DNA of 64,000 bases, from positions 542,765-606,764 of the forward strand of contig JAVVEA010000001.1 in assembly GCA_032250835.1 (NCBI GenBank), read 5' to 3'. Source of the DNA: a bacterium. Its GTDB lineage: Bacteria > SAR324 > XYD2-FULL-50-16. The translations under genes were made by a program, and so were the position numbers. The notes under the pieces are model-generated. The model was not told the DNA's origin. It ran no database searches and saw only the letters and a program-made list of their open reading frames with translations. Within the stretch, counting starts at the first letter, position 1. Each line of letters starts with the position of its first letter. Shown here piece after piece: positions 30,507 to 40,760 of the stretch.

Positions 30507-31526
30507 ATGAAGCCACACCTTCTGGGGTTATGGTTGGTCCTCTTCGCCCTCGGCTCTGCGGGTTGCTCGGATATTCGGCGTGAATTTTGGTCTCTGGTCC
30601 ATGAAGCCGACCTGCACGATGTATCCAAATTTAAAGGCGAGCGCCGCGACTATGAGCTGATCAAGGCCAAAGTCCAACAGCTAAGCCCCAAAGGCTCCCC
30701 CATTGCCTCAGACGATCTGGGGCAAGTTCCGGTCGGGGACGGATCAACTTACCCCTTGTATGTTTTACATTACCGGCCCCCTAAACCCACCGCCCAGCCG
30801 CTACGCATTCTAGTCAGTGGCAGCGTACACGGAGACGAGCCAGCGGGAACAGCAGCAATTTTCAGGCTCGCCGAACAATTATTAGCAGACTTGCCAGAGG
30901 ACCTAGAGGTCTGGATGTTTCCGGTCGCCGCGCCCAGAGCCTATGTAAAAGACTCCCGCTTCACTGAGCCGATCAACGGCCAAAAGAAGGCCAACCTAAA
31001 CCGGGATTTTCTGATCGACCTGCCGGAATATGAAGAAGCCAAGGGAGAACGGGACGAAACGGGCCAGTTGATTCATGCTACCCGAGAATCGACGTTGTTC
31101 ACTCGGTACCTGATCGACCTGAAAGTGCAGGTCAAAAGCTTCGACCTGCACCTCGACTTTCACGAATGTTCGATCTGCCAAGCGGGGATGTTATTCACCA
31201 ATGACCTTAGCCAAGGTAAAATGCTGGATGCCATGTATCCGCCGCTTAAGCCGAAGCCAGGGGAGAAACCCTTTCCCTTAAAACAATATGACTTTTTGGT
31301 GGACTACCTAAAGACCTACAAGGATCAGCTATATTTTGTGGACCCCTTTAAAGGCCCGCCGGTCTTTTCCCGCTGGACCTTTGTTAAGCTTGGCGTACCA
31401 AGCTTTACCACCGAAACCGGGCAAGGCCGTAGCCTCAATGACCGCGCTCAACTTCAGTTGGCCATCTTAAACCATGCGGTAAACTACCTAAGAACCCAAC
31501 GAGCCCAACCTTCAGGTTCCAATTAG
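30507..31526 (+). CDS. M14 family zinc carboxypeptidase / AstE-like lipoprotein
   Basis: SVHGDEPAG, NLNRDF, LDFHE, TTET. Confidence 0.85.
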   Translation: MKPHLLGLWLVLFALGSAGCSDIRREFWSLVHEADLHDVSKFKGERRDYELIKAKVQQLSPKGSPIASDDLGQVPVGDGSTYPLYVLHYRPPKPTAQPLRILVSGSVHGDEPAGTAAIFRLAEQLLADLPEDLEVWMFPVAAPRAYVKDSRFTEPINGQKKANLNRDFLIDLPEYEEAKGERDETGQLIHATRESTLFTRYLIDLKVQVKSFDLHLDFHECSICQAGMLFTNDLSQGKMLDAMYPPLKPKPGEKPFPLKQYDFLVDYLKTYKDQLYFVDPFKGPPVFSRWTFVKLGVPSFTTETGQGRSLNDRAQLQLAILNHAVNYLRTQRAQPSGSN

Positions 31527-31576
31527 CCCCGCAGGCAGTGGAGCCTGGGCCCGAGCAGCTGAGCCCGCCTTAAGCT

Positions 31577-31960
31577 TTAAGTGCAACAACGCCTAGGCTT
31601 TGGCAGACCCGCAATCCGGGCTGCCTGAGCAATTGGGCCCAAGGGGAAAAGCCGGTAAAAGGTTTTGATCGCCTCCGTCCGCTCCAGGCCTTTAAGCTCT
31701 GCATAGCGGTTCATCAGCACCTTGTTGTGCGGTGCTTCACCCTGAGCAAAAAACATCTCCCGCATCAGGTGGATCACCTCCCAAGAGGCTTCGGTCAATT
31801 CCAAGCCATCATCATCCGCAAAGGCCAGGGCGATTTGATCATTCCAGTCCTCCGGCTGAGGTAAAAAACCATCATCCAAAGGGATTTCCTGGCCCCCGAC
31901 AACCAACCGGTTTTCTTTTAATTCTTTTAACATGCTGTCTGGTTCGATTCTGGGGTTCAC
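31577..31960 (-). CDS. TusE/DsrC family sulfur relay protein
   Basis: LDDGFL...EDWN, WEVI..MRE, LFPLGP..QAARIAGLPKP..C. Confidence 0.88.
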   Translation of the reverse strand: MNPRIEPDSMLKELKENRLVVGGQEIPLDDGFLPQPEDWNDQIALAFADDDGLELTEASWEVIHLMREMFFAQGEAPHNKVLMNRYAELKGLERTEAIKTFYRLFPLGPIAQAARIAGLPKPRRCCT

Positions 31961-32269
31961 TTTTAGCGTGATGGCTTGAGGCCCCTAGAGCTTGCTTAGC
32001 CTAGTCCGGCTAAAACTCAAGATGGGATGGACACCATACCTTTGCTCAATAGGTTGCCCCGAAGGCTGTGGGCTGTAAAGAAATTTGCTACCTAGAGCCG
32101 CCAGCAATCAAACCCAATGGGGTTTCCATTACCATATGGGACCCCAAAAACCGGGCACAAAAGCCTTGTAGGGCGGAGCCAATCTTCTTATAGTTTGGCC
32201 AAGCCGCCTTTTTTGCGGTTCCTTCGAACCCAATCCTGAGCCCCTAGCCAGACCCTTTGCGCTGACAAT

Positions 32270-33634
32270 ATGAACCCCTCGTTCCTCTTTCTGCTGGCCT
32301 TCTTGGCGCTGTTGCAACTGCGGGGTGACGGCTACTTTCCCTTCCCCAGGGATTGGCCAAAAGATTGGTTGTTGGCTTTGGTCCTAGGCCACCTAGCCCT
32401 GCTGTGGGCGCTGCTCCTGGGGTTTATTCGGGCCCAGCACCAAAATCGACCGCTCTTAGGGAACTGGTTGCGCTGGGTGGGGCCCGCCAAGTGGGGGGTA
32501 GCGCTCGGGGCTATTGCGTTGATTGTTGCCGGGCAGTGGTTGCAGGCCCAGCGTTTCGCCGCCATAGGTTACCGTTGGGAGCCCGGCGTGATGTTCACCC
32601 TCTTGGCCGCCTCGTTGGTCCTAGTAGCGCTGGCTTTTGCAAAGGAGCGGACGGGGCGCGAGCGGACCGCCTGGGCCTTGCTGGCGGCGGCGGCTCTGGG
32701 GCTTAAATTCTACCCCATCTTTTGTTTCCCCATCACCGCAGAGCGTAGCGACATGCTACCGATCTTATCCGAAGCGGGCCAAGCTTGGCTCTCGGGTACC
32801 GAGGTCTACCGGTTTTATCTTTTAGACAACGGCGTCGAAACCCAAAATGTGCGCCTACCGGGCATGATCGCCCTTTACCTACCGGCGGTGGCGCTGGGTT
32901 TAGATTTACGCTGGGTGGTCTGGGGCTTTGAGGCGTTGGTTTTTGGGGCCTTGATCGTCCTGGGCGGTCGGTTGCCTTCTCAAAAGCGTCCGGTCTGGGC
33001 GCTGCTGCTGGTGGCCTTTTGGCTCCTCCCCTATTGGCAGATGCGCCATGAGTTGTATGAAGTGCCCTTTTGGTTGCTCTTGATGGCCGCCTTCTGGGCC
33101 TTGGAGCGTGAAAAGCTGTGGGCCTTAGCCTTTTTGCTGGGGGTGATGGTGGCCACCTTACAATGGGGCTGGCTCTTTGCGCCCTTCTTCAGTTTGGCGG
33201 TATTGCGCCGCTGGGGTTTAAAGCCTAGTTTATTGGCTGGCTCGTTCGCGCTGGCGCTGGCGGGGCTGATCCTCTGGTCAGCGGTGGGCAGCCATTGGGG
33301 GGATTTCTATTTCCACGTCTTTAGCTACTACCGGCACTTCTTGGCCCAAGGTGTCCCCTACCTTATGTCGATGTATTTAACGGCGCTACTGGCCAAGTTA
33401 GGGGCTCTCGGGTGGCTGTTGCCGATGCAGGCGCTGGGCGTGTTTGGGTTGCTCGGTTGGCATGCCCGCAAAGCCCGCCCAATCTCTGTGCTGATGCAGG
33501 TCTGTGCCTTGGCGCTGGCCTGGATGCTGCTATGGAACGCCGTTGCCTGGACCTACCAATACCTTCTGGTCTTTTTGCTACTCTTACAATCCTGGCGCGC
33601 CCAAGCATTAGAAGAGCTGAAGGGCGCTGACTAA
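32270..33634 (+). CDS. Polytopic membrane protein (GT-C glycosyltransferase-like)
   Basis: Many TM segments; RSDMLP loop. Confidence 0.55.
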   Translation: MNPSFLFLLAFLALLQLRGDGYFPFPRDWPKDWLLALVLGHLALLWALLLGFIRAQHQNRPLLGNWLRWVGPAKWGVALGAIALIVAGQWLQAQRFAAIGYRWEPGVMFTLLAASLVLVALAFAKERTGRERTAWALLAAAALGLKFYPIFCFPITAERSDMLPILSEAGQAWLSGTEVYRFYLLDNGVETQNVRLPGMIALYLPAVALGLDLRWVVWGFEALVFGALIVLGGRLPSQKRPVWALLLVAFWLLPYWQMRHELYEVPFWLLLMAAFWALEREKLWALAFLLGVMVATLQWGWLFAPFFSLAVLRRWGLKPSLLAGSFALALAGLILWSAVGSHWGDFYFHVFSYYRHFLAQGVPYLMSMYLTALLAKLGALGWLLPMQALGVFGLLGWHARKARPISVLMQVCALALAWMLLWNAVAWTYQYLLVFLLLLQSWRAQALEELKGAD

Positions 33635-33880
33635 ACGCCGACGGGTGAGACGATCAATTTCAATAATACCTGATTTACCTGCATTGGATAACAATCCACT
33701 AACGGTATGTTTCCCGGTTCCTCTTTGAGGGTTGCTTGGTACTTTAGTTCGTTCCAGGCCATTTTTTTTGCCTTGATCCCCTGTTGGTTGAGGTTCACTT
33801 TCTGTTGGACGCAGGTGTCTGGGTGACTGAATTCCCGTATGATCAAAACAGTATCCTTAATCCGCTCCACCCTCTCTTGA
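33631..33880 (-). pseudogene. Histidine kinase fragment
   Basis: ERIKDTV..IREFSHPD, GNIPLVDCYPMQVNQVLLKLIV; no H-box or G-boxes. Confidence 0.65.
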
Positions 33881-33959
33881 ATTTCATGTGGGCCTAAAAA
33901 CCCATCACAAAAAACTGACCTAATGGATCGAAAAAACCCCGCAATGGAATAATGATTTC

Positions 33960-36311
33960 TTGATTCTGAAAAAACTGTTAGGCCTTGATAGCTCTTTTTG
34001 TAACCCCTTTTCGGTCTTCCTTTTGAAGTTACGATTGCAAGGAAAATTCATCGGCCTTCTGGTAGTGGGTCTGCTGCTCACTCTGGCGGTTGCCCTGTGG
34101 GGTGGGAAGCTGCTGCTCCGGTCGCTGGAAATGCAACTGGGCACGGGCTTTTCAAAAAAGCAGGTGCTCTACGACAAAGAGCGGAGCTTACGGCCCATCT
34201 TAAAAGAGCTGGAACTAACCAAAAAGCTGGCGCAATCTAAGGCAATCGTCGGCTGGGCGGCTAACGAAAGGGACCCAAAACGCACCGAGCAGGGATTGGC
34301 TGCTTTGGAGGCCTTCCGTCTTGAATCCGTGGACCAAAGCTACTTTATCGCCCTGGTGGGCACCAAGGGCCTCTACTTTAACGACGACAAAACCCCCTTC
34401 TCGGGCAAGCCGCGCTACCTGCTCGACCCCAACAAACAAGAAGACTATTGGTTTTTTAATACCCTAAAACAAGAAAAGCCTTGCCGGCTGAACGTGGATT
34501 ATAACGAAACCTTAAAGATCAACAAGGTTTGGATCAACTGCGTGATCAACCAAGAGGGGATTCCCAAAGGAGTGGTCGGCACCGGTTTTGAGTTGACCGC
34601 TTTCATCAACCAAGTAATCAACGACACCGAACAAGGCATCAGCAACCTGTTCATCGATTCTTCCGGAGCCATCCAAGCCCACCGGGATCATGAGATGATC
34701 GATTTTAACACCATCTCTAAAGAAACGGGGCCCACCAACTCCCTGTTCTCGCTGCTCGCCGACGAAAGCCAAAAAGACCAGCTCCGAAAGGAGATGTTCC
34801 ACCTCAAACAAGAAACCAATCTCGCCGCCAATCTGGTATTAGATATCCAGGGCCGCGAATATATGGTCGGCCTGGCTTACATCCCTCAGATTGATTGGTA
34901 CAACCTATCCTTGTTACGGGTGGACCGTTGGGGGAACCAGAACCTGCTTTTGCCGATCGTCGGGGCTTTGGGGGTGGTGATTTTGCTGCTCTTTGGGCTG
35001 GCCTATGGGATGTTTAAATGGTTGATCTCCGACCGCTTGGCCAAGCTTGACCTAGGCGTCCTGCAAATGGGTAAGGGGGATTATAGCTTTGCTTCGGCTG
35101 AACAAAACAACGACGAAATCGGGAGGCTGGCGGCCAACGTGACCGAAATGGCCCGGAGCATCGAGACGAGAACCCACGAATTAGAACAGATGGTCAACGA
35201 GAAAACGGCGGAACTGCATCTGGTCAACAGCAGCAAGGACAAGTTCTTTTCGATCATCAGCCATGACTTACGTGGTCCTGCAGGCAGTCTAGCCATCATC
35301 CTCAACGAGGTGATCACCCAGCCAAGCGATATCGACGACGAATTACTCGACGGGATGAAACGGACCACCAAGAATCTATACAACCTCCTCAACCAGCTTT
35401 TAGAGTGGGCGCGGAGCCAACAGGGCAAACTGGAGATGAACCCTTCGAGCTTTGCGGTGGGACACCCGATCTCTGAGATGGTCGAGTTGATCTCTTCTCA
35501 AGCCACCCAAAAGGGCGTGGAGCTGGTCCAGCAGGTCCCGGCGGAGTTGTATGTTAAAGCCGACTTGGCGATGGTTTCGTCGGTGGTCGGCAACCTGTTG
35601 AGTAACGCCGTCAAATTCACCCCTAAGGGCGGCAAGGTGAACATCACCGCCTCCAAGCAAAGAGACCAAATTAAAGTGGCGGTGACCGATACCGGAACCG
35701 GCATGCCCAAGGACGTAAAAGACAAGCTGTTTAAAATCGACGAAAAGGTCAAAAGCAGTCTGGGCACCGACCATGAGGAAGGCTCCGGCTTGGGGCTGAT
35801 CCTATGCGCTGAATTTGTCGAGAAAAACGGAGGCCAGATCGGCGTGTCCTCCATCGAAGGGAAGGGTTCCACCTTTTGGTTCACCCTGCCCAAGGGCGAG
35901 CGGACCCCGCAGGTCGCCCCAAAACCTCCAATGGACCTAAGTAAAATCAGGGTGTTGGTGGTCGAAGACAACCCCGTGCACCAGCAATCGAGTATCCAGG
36001 GCTTAAACAAAATCGGCCTGCCCTTTGAGGTGGCAGGCAACGGCGTCGAGGCGCTGTCGAAGATGCAATCGTCGAAGTTCGATTTGGTCTTGATGGACAT
36101 TGATATGCCCCAAATGAACGGCATCGAAGCGACCGAACAGATCCGCGCCACCTATGGGGAACAACCCGTTATTTTTGCCCTTTCCGCCTACAGCCAAACC
36201 GAAATGATCGAGGCCTACCCGAGCGCTGACTTCCCGGTCTACCTAAACAAACCGCTAAATCCCGACGAACTGGTGGTGGCTATGTACCGGTCGATTTTAT
36301 TAGGGCAGTGA
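33960..36311 (+). CDS. Membrane hybrid histidine kinase (Cache-like, HAMP, HisKA, HATPase, REC)
   Basis: Two TM segments; NDEIGRLA HAMP; ISHDLRGP; LVLMDIDMP. Confidence 0.92.
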   Translation: MILKKLLGLDSSFCNPFSVFLLKLRLQGKFIGLLVVGLLLTLAVALWGGKLLLRSLEMQLGTGFSKKQVLYDKERSLRPILKELELTKKLAQSKAIVGWAANERDPKRTEQGLAALEAFRLESVDQSYFIALVGTKGLYFNDDKTPFSGKPRYLLDPNKQEDYWFFNTLKQEKPCRLNVDYNETLKINKVWINCVINQEGIPKGVVGTGFELTAFINQVINDTEQGISNLFIDSSGAIQAHRDHEMIDFNTISKETGPTNSLFSLLADESQKDQLRKEMFHLKQETNLAANLVLDIQGREYMVGLAYIPQIDWYNLSLLRVDRWGNQNLLLPIVGALGVVILLLFGLAYGMFKWLISDRLAKLDLGVLQMGKGDYSFASAEQNNDEIGRLAANVTEMARSIETRTHELEQMVNEKTAELHLVNSSKDKFFSIISHDLRGPAGSLAIILNEVITQPSDIDDELLDGMKRTTKNLYNLLNQLLEWARSQQGKLEMNPSSFAVGHPISEMVELISSQATQKGVELVQQVPAELYVKADLAMVSSVVGNLLSNAVKFTPKGGKVNITASKQRDQIKVAVTDTGTGMPKDVKDKLFKIDEKVKSSLGTDHEEGSGLGLILCAEFVEKNGGQIGVSSIEGKGSTFWFTLPKGERTPQVAPKPPMDLSKIRVLVVEDNPVHQQSSIQGLNKIGLPFEVAGNGVEALSKMQSSKFDLVLMDIDMPQMNGIEATEQIRATYGEQPVIFALSAYSQTEMIEAYPSADFPVYLNKPLNPDELVVAMYRSILLGQ

Positions 36312-36373
36312 GGGGGCTTAGGCGCAACTAGGGGTTACGTCCTTAAAGCCCCTGGCAGGTAGGTTGAACCGGT

Positions 36374-36988
36374 TTATTTTGGGGTTGCCCCTGCCGCCAG
36401 GGCTGCCCTTTCGATGGCAACATAGGGCTGCGCCCCTACGATGCGCGGACCCTGGGCAAAAACAAAGGTGGGGATCGCTTCGACTCCGTCGAGGCGAGCT
36501 AATTGGGCCATCCCTTCGACCCGCAGCCGGTATTCCTCTTGAGCCCCTAGGGCCAGGGCGCTGGGCGCGTCCAGTCCCGCCGCCTCTAAGAAATACAATA
36601 GGTCCTCGTCGGCTTCTAAGGACCGGCTTTGCCGCCAATAGCCCAACATGGCGGCCTCTCGAAATTGCATCAAGCGGCCTTGGTCCCGGGCCACTTCGGC
36701 TAGCGCCAACGCCCGCCCGGTATTGGGCAAAATCTCTTGAGGCGCTATGGGTTCCAGTCCCGCCGAGCGGCAGGCCTGCGCTAAGTGTTCAGTAAAGCCC
36801 GCCACCCTTGCCGCGCCAAAGTAATCCTTGATGGGCATACCCCCGACGGGGATTTCTGGGTGCAGGACAAAGCCCCGCCAGTCTAGCTCTATGTGATACT
36901 CCTCTTGCAACCTGACCAGGCTGCTATGCTCCGCAATGAAGCAAAAGGGTCAGATAAAATCTGAATAAAAAAGCAGCTTCGCGTCCAT
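36374..36988 (-). CDS. DsbA/FrnE family selenoprotein (UPFC)
   Basis: ATG 36988: MDAKLLFYSDFI-TGA(36952-36950)-PFCFIAEH in frame with track ORF; LHPEIP, AIPTF, IVGAQPY. Confidence 0.9.
36907..36924 (-). promoter_or_regulatory. Putative bacterial SECIS hairpin
   Basis: GCAGCCU-GGUC-AGGUUGC, 25 nt after UGA; GGUC loop as in E. coli fdhF SECIS. Confidence 0.75.
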
Positions 36989-37129
36989 TGGGTTCCTCCT
37001 GATTGGTCTCTTATTATACTGCATCAAGGCAATAAACTAAAACCCCGAAATTGAATAGGGCCTAATTTATGTCCCGCCCTAGGCGACGTGAAGCGCCGTT
37101 TATGGCCTAAACCCTTCCAGAGTCAGTTT

Positions 37130-37752
37130 ATGGAACTATTTAGAGAAGTTACATTGACGTTATGCGGCCAGGGCCATGGATCAGGCGGTGGTGCCCCAAG
37201 CAAAGGTCGAGCGCATCCTTGAAGCAGCCCGCCTAGCCCCCACTTCCAGTGGGTTGCAGCCCTTTGAAATCCTGGTGGCCAAAAAGCCCGAATTAAAGGT
37301 CCAGATCCGCAAGATTGCCTGGAATCAGCCGATGGTCACCGATTGTTCGCACCTCTTGGTTTTTGCCGCTTGGGACACCTACACCGCCGAGCGCATCAAT
37401 TAGAGGTTTGACCTGACCAATGAGGTGCGCAGACAAAGCTTTGAAGGCTGGGAAAATTACCGCCAGCAGCTACTGGCTACCTACCCGCAGCGCGACCCCG
37501 AGGTTAATTTCAACCATGCCGCCAAACAGGCCTACATTGCCTTTGCCCACTCTATGGTGGCCGCTGCTTTTGAGTCCGTGGATAGCACGCCGATTGAAGG
37601 GTTTAACCCACAAAAATTTTGGACTTAAGGTCAAGGGGCTTAGAAGTTGTGTGCTGCTGCCGCTAGGCTACCGGGACGAACCCAAAGACTGGTTGGTGCC
37701 ATTAAAGAAGATACGAAAAAGCACCGAAGACTTGGTTACCCTAATCCATTGA
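37130..37752 (+). pseudogene. NfsB-like nitroreductase pseudogene
   Basis: RLAPTSSGLQPF, DSTPIEGF, LLPLGYR; extra T near 37141, TGA 37155, TAG 37401, frameshift near 37620. Confidence 0.88.
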
Positions 37753-38355
37753 GCCCTGTGGGTTGGAGTCTTTGGTATCCAGCCGAGAGGGTTTTGGAGT
37801 TTTAAAGAGCTAGCCACGTTGCGGCCCTAACCTAGTTAAACTAACCTTTTCAGCTACGGCCAAGCCCCTTGAAAGAAAGGGGTAGATTTTGTGTCCAAGC
37901 CCTCCCCTGCTGCTTCCTGGCTTAAGAGCCACCGAAACTAAGCCCATCAGCCGCCTCATTCTTTGCACCTGACATTATACCCGAAAACTGGATTGTTTTA
38001 AAGATTAGAATTTTGATAAGTCTTCCAAAGGAGGATCAACCTGAAAAAAATCAAAATTCTCAGATCAGCCGATCCGTCTTGCTCTGGCCTAAGCCGAGCA
38101 AGGAACCAAGGTCTAGGAGATCCTTAGAAGCACCGGCATCGCTGCTGGGGAGTAAAAATCCCCAGCAGCGGAACCGGTTAATGGGCAGGGTCTAGTGGTG
38201 CGACTTGACGATCATGCGGGTCATTTTATAGTTGATCACCAAAAAGCGCCAAAATTGCCAGAGCAAAAAGGTCCTAAAAAAACGGACCACTTTGCCCGGT
38301 TGGGGGGCGTAATACTGTTGATCGGTCGGGCGGTACTTTTCCATAGTGAAATCCT

Positions 38356-39813
38356 TTATTCGGGGATGAGGAACCAGAAGGGTTTGGCCTTCGCTTTATA
38401 AAGAAACAGGTGGTGTAACAGGTGTTTGATCCAATGCCCGGCCAAGCCGATCTCCCCAAAGGAGTGGTCCATATCGCGGCCCGTTTCGGGGAAACGCTCG
38501 AAATCCGGGACTACCGGGTACATGGTCATCGACGCGGCTTTACCACGGGTCAGGCTCTTGCCCGCGCTGGCCACACAGGCAGCCCCGATCTCGGACATGC
38601 TGGCATGGTGAGTCGGCTTGGGGGCGCCTTTGATCATATCCACTACCGATAATGCCACGGCTTTACCGATGATCGCCGAAGGCATACCGGTTCGCGGCGG
38701 GGTCGGGTTGATCGGCGTTCCGCCGGGGCTGGTCCGGGGACGGCTGATCAGGTGCGGCGGGGCAAAGGCGATCCCAGCGGCGAAGATATTAGACCACTTG
38801 GGGTTTTGGTACGTCTTGGGCCAATCAGAGGCGCTCCATTCCTCAAAGGGGCGCGGCGTGTAATCGGCGTCCACTTTCATGAAGCCGTTGGGCGCAAAGA
38901 GCTGCTCGGTGATCTCCTCCCCGGCGCGGTCAAAGGCTTTAAAGCCCGCCCCGGCAAAGGGAGGGATCAACATGGCAAAGTCAAAGCCCTGCTCTTTAAA
39001 TTCCCCTTCTAAGGTCTCGTAATGCGCCTTGCCGGACTCCACCTTGTTCACCCCAGCGCCGGTGATCCAGCTAATGCCCGATTCGGCAAAGAGGGATTCG
39101 GTGAAGACCTTGCTGTGGGTCATGTACCCGCCGCGTTTGATGTGCATCCCGCCGACCCCAAAGTCGCCCAGGTTGGCCTCGTTGGTGATGTAGTGCAGAT
39201 CCGCCATATCCCGCAGGCCTAACTTACGTAGCTCAAAGTCCAGGTTAAAGAGGTACTCAAAGGCCGCGCCTTGGCAGGTGGACATACCGTGTCCTGTGCC
39301 GATCAAGATGCGCTTGCGTTGGCCCTGCTTCATCTCTACGGTCAAATTAGCGAAAGCTTCGGCGGCCTGGGCGGCATGTCCCGCGGTACAAACCGAAAGA
39401 CTGTGGCCAATATCGGGGCCCAGGCCTTCGGTGGCCGCGAAGTTTAGGCGCGGGCCGGTGGAGTTGATCAAAAAGTCGTAACCCACCTTTTCGGTCTGTC
39501 CCTTTTGGGCCTCATCGGTGCGCTCGACGGTCACAAAGCCGGTCTTTAGTTCTTGGTCCCCATCGGGGTGGATGCTCAACGCTTTGGCCTGAATGAACTC
39601 AATGCCTACCTTTTTATAGACTGGGGCGAGATCAAAGGTCACCTGCTCGGGCGTCATCTGCCCCACGCCAACCCAGATATTACTAGGAATCCAATTCCAC
39701 TTTGAGTTGGGCGTCACCACCGTGACCTGGTGCTTCTTGCCCAGTTTTTGGCGCGCGAAGAGCGCCGCCGTATGGCCGGCGATACCGGCACCTAATATGA
39801 GTACACGAGCCAT
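38356..39813 (-). CDS. sqr: Sulfide:quinone oxidoreductase, type VI (SqrF-like)
   Basis: GAGIAG, WNWIPSNIWVGVG, TCQGAAFEY, PPRTGMPS, GAACVASAG, GEIGLAGHW. Confidence 0.88.
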   Translation of the reverse strand: MARVLILGAGIAGHTAALFARQKLGKKHQVTVVTPNSKWNWIPSNIWVGVGQMTPEQVTFDLAPVYKKVGIEFIQAKALSIHPDGDQELKTGFVTVERTDEAQKGQTEKVGYDFLINSTGPRLNFAATEGLGPDIGHSLSVCTAGHAAQAAEAFANLTVEMKQGQRKRILIGTGHGMSTCQGAAFEYLFNLDFELRKLGLRDMADLHYITNEANLGDFGVGGMHIKRGGYMTHSKVFTESLFAESGISWITGAGVNKVESGKAHYETLEGEFKEQGFDFAMLIPPFAGAGFKAFDRAGEEITEQLFAPNGFMKVDADYTPRPFEEWSASDWPKTYQNPKWSNIFAAGIAFAPPHLISRPRTSPGGTPINPTPPRTGMPSAIIGKAVALSVVDMIKGAPKPTHHASMSEIGAACVASAGKSLTRGKAASMTMYPVVPDFERFPETGRDMDHSFGEIGLAGHWIKHLLHHLFLYKAKAKPFWFLIPE

Positions 39814-39933
39814 AAAAATACCCTCAATGAATTACACCTAATAAGGTGTGGTTGAGTACCCCTGGGCCCAAAATATTTTGGTTCCCCCCAATGGTACGAA
39901 AACCGGCCTGGACACAACCTGGTGCCGGACCGG

Positions 39934-40599
39934 CTAAACAGTACAAAAAGTTCCTCCGCTGCTTTGCTGGACGCGCAGCACAATCACCGCCAGCCCCAAT
40001 GCCACCAGACCCACCCCCCAAAGGGGACGGAACCGGCGTGATAACTTAGCTCGGATCAGACCCGAAAAGAGCCCAATCCCCAACAAACCGGGCAAGGTGC
40101 CGACCCAAAAGAGGCCAAAAACCGCCGCCCCAGCAAAGGGGTCGCCCGTAGAAAGAGCCAAAGTCTGCACCGGAAACAAAACCACGCAAGGCAAAAACCC
40201 AGACCCTAGCCCCAATAGCCAAAGATTTAAAGGTTTTGGTCTCCTAAAGGCCCAACTCGTGACTTGGTTTAAGCCCGGCAGAGACCAATGAATCCGCAAG
40301 GCCTTAAAGCCGCCCAATTCGCGGACCCCAAAGCCGACCAGCAAAAGACCACCGATCAATCCAGCGACACTGTGGATCTCTTGGATCGGCAAAGCCTGAT
40401 CCACCAAGAAGCCCAATAGCCCCCAGATGGCCCCCAAAAAGAGGTAAGTCGAGAGCCGCCCCAGGTGCCAGAAGGCATGGTGGCTTTGCCGGGGCAAGCA
40501 AGAAGAGTAACCCGCTACGATCGGCCCACACATGCCCATACAATGCGGCGTACCCAACAATCCGGCCAAAATCGGGGCCAACCAAAAAATTTCGGTCAT
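39934..40599 (-). CDS. DsbD_2/TauE-like membrane protein associated with cco operons
   Basis: HCMGMCGP, GRLSTY, GFLPC. Confidence 0.88.
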   Translation of the reverse strand: MTEIFWLAPILAGLLGTPHCMGMCGPIVAGYSSCLPRQSHHAFWHLGRLSTYLFLGAIWGLLGFLVDQALPIQEIHSVAGLIGGLLLVGFGVRELGGFKALRIHWSLPGLNQVTSWAFRRPKPLNLWLLGLGSGFLPCVVLFPVQTLALSTGDPFAGAAVFGLFWVGTLPGLLGIGLFSGLIRAKLSRRFRPLWGVGLVALGLAVIVLRVQQSSGGTFCTV

Positions 40600-40760
40600 T
40601 GCTCCTCCTTCGGTGGTTTGGGGCCATCGTCCCAAAGAGGTTGGTGGCGCATCTTTTCGGCGTCATCGAACTGGTGGTTTTTCAGGCCCCAAATAAAGGC
40701 GGCCAAGCCGCCCAGACCGAGCAACAAAGAAACGCCCAACATGATCGGTAACATTTGCAT
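40596..40760 (-). CDS. ccoS: cbb3 oxidase maturation protein
   Basis: Manual translation MQMLPIMLGVSLLLGLGGLAAFIWGLKNHQFDDAEK...; below track cutoff. Confidence 0.88.
   Translation of the reverse strand: MQMLPIMLGVSLLLGLGGLAAFIWGLKNHQFDDAEKMRHQPLWDDGPKPPKEEQ

Noticed and set aside
37155-37157. TGA as selenocysteine in the nitroreductase
   Set aside because: Position corresponds to Trp (WRYA motif) and the gene has other lesions
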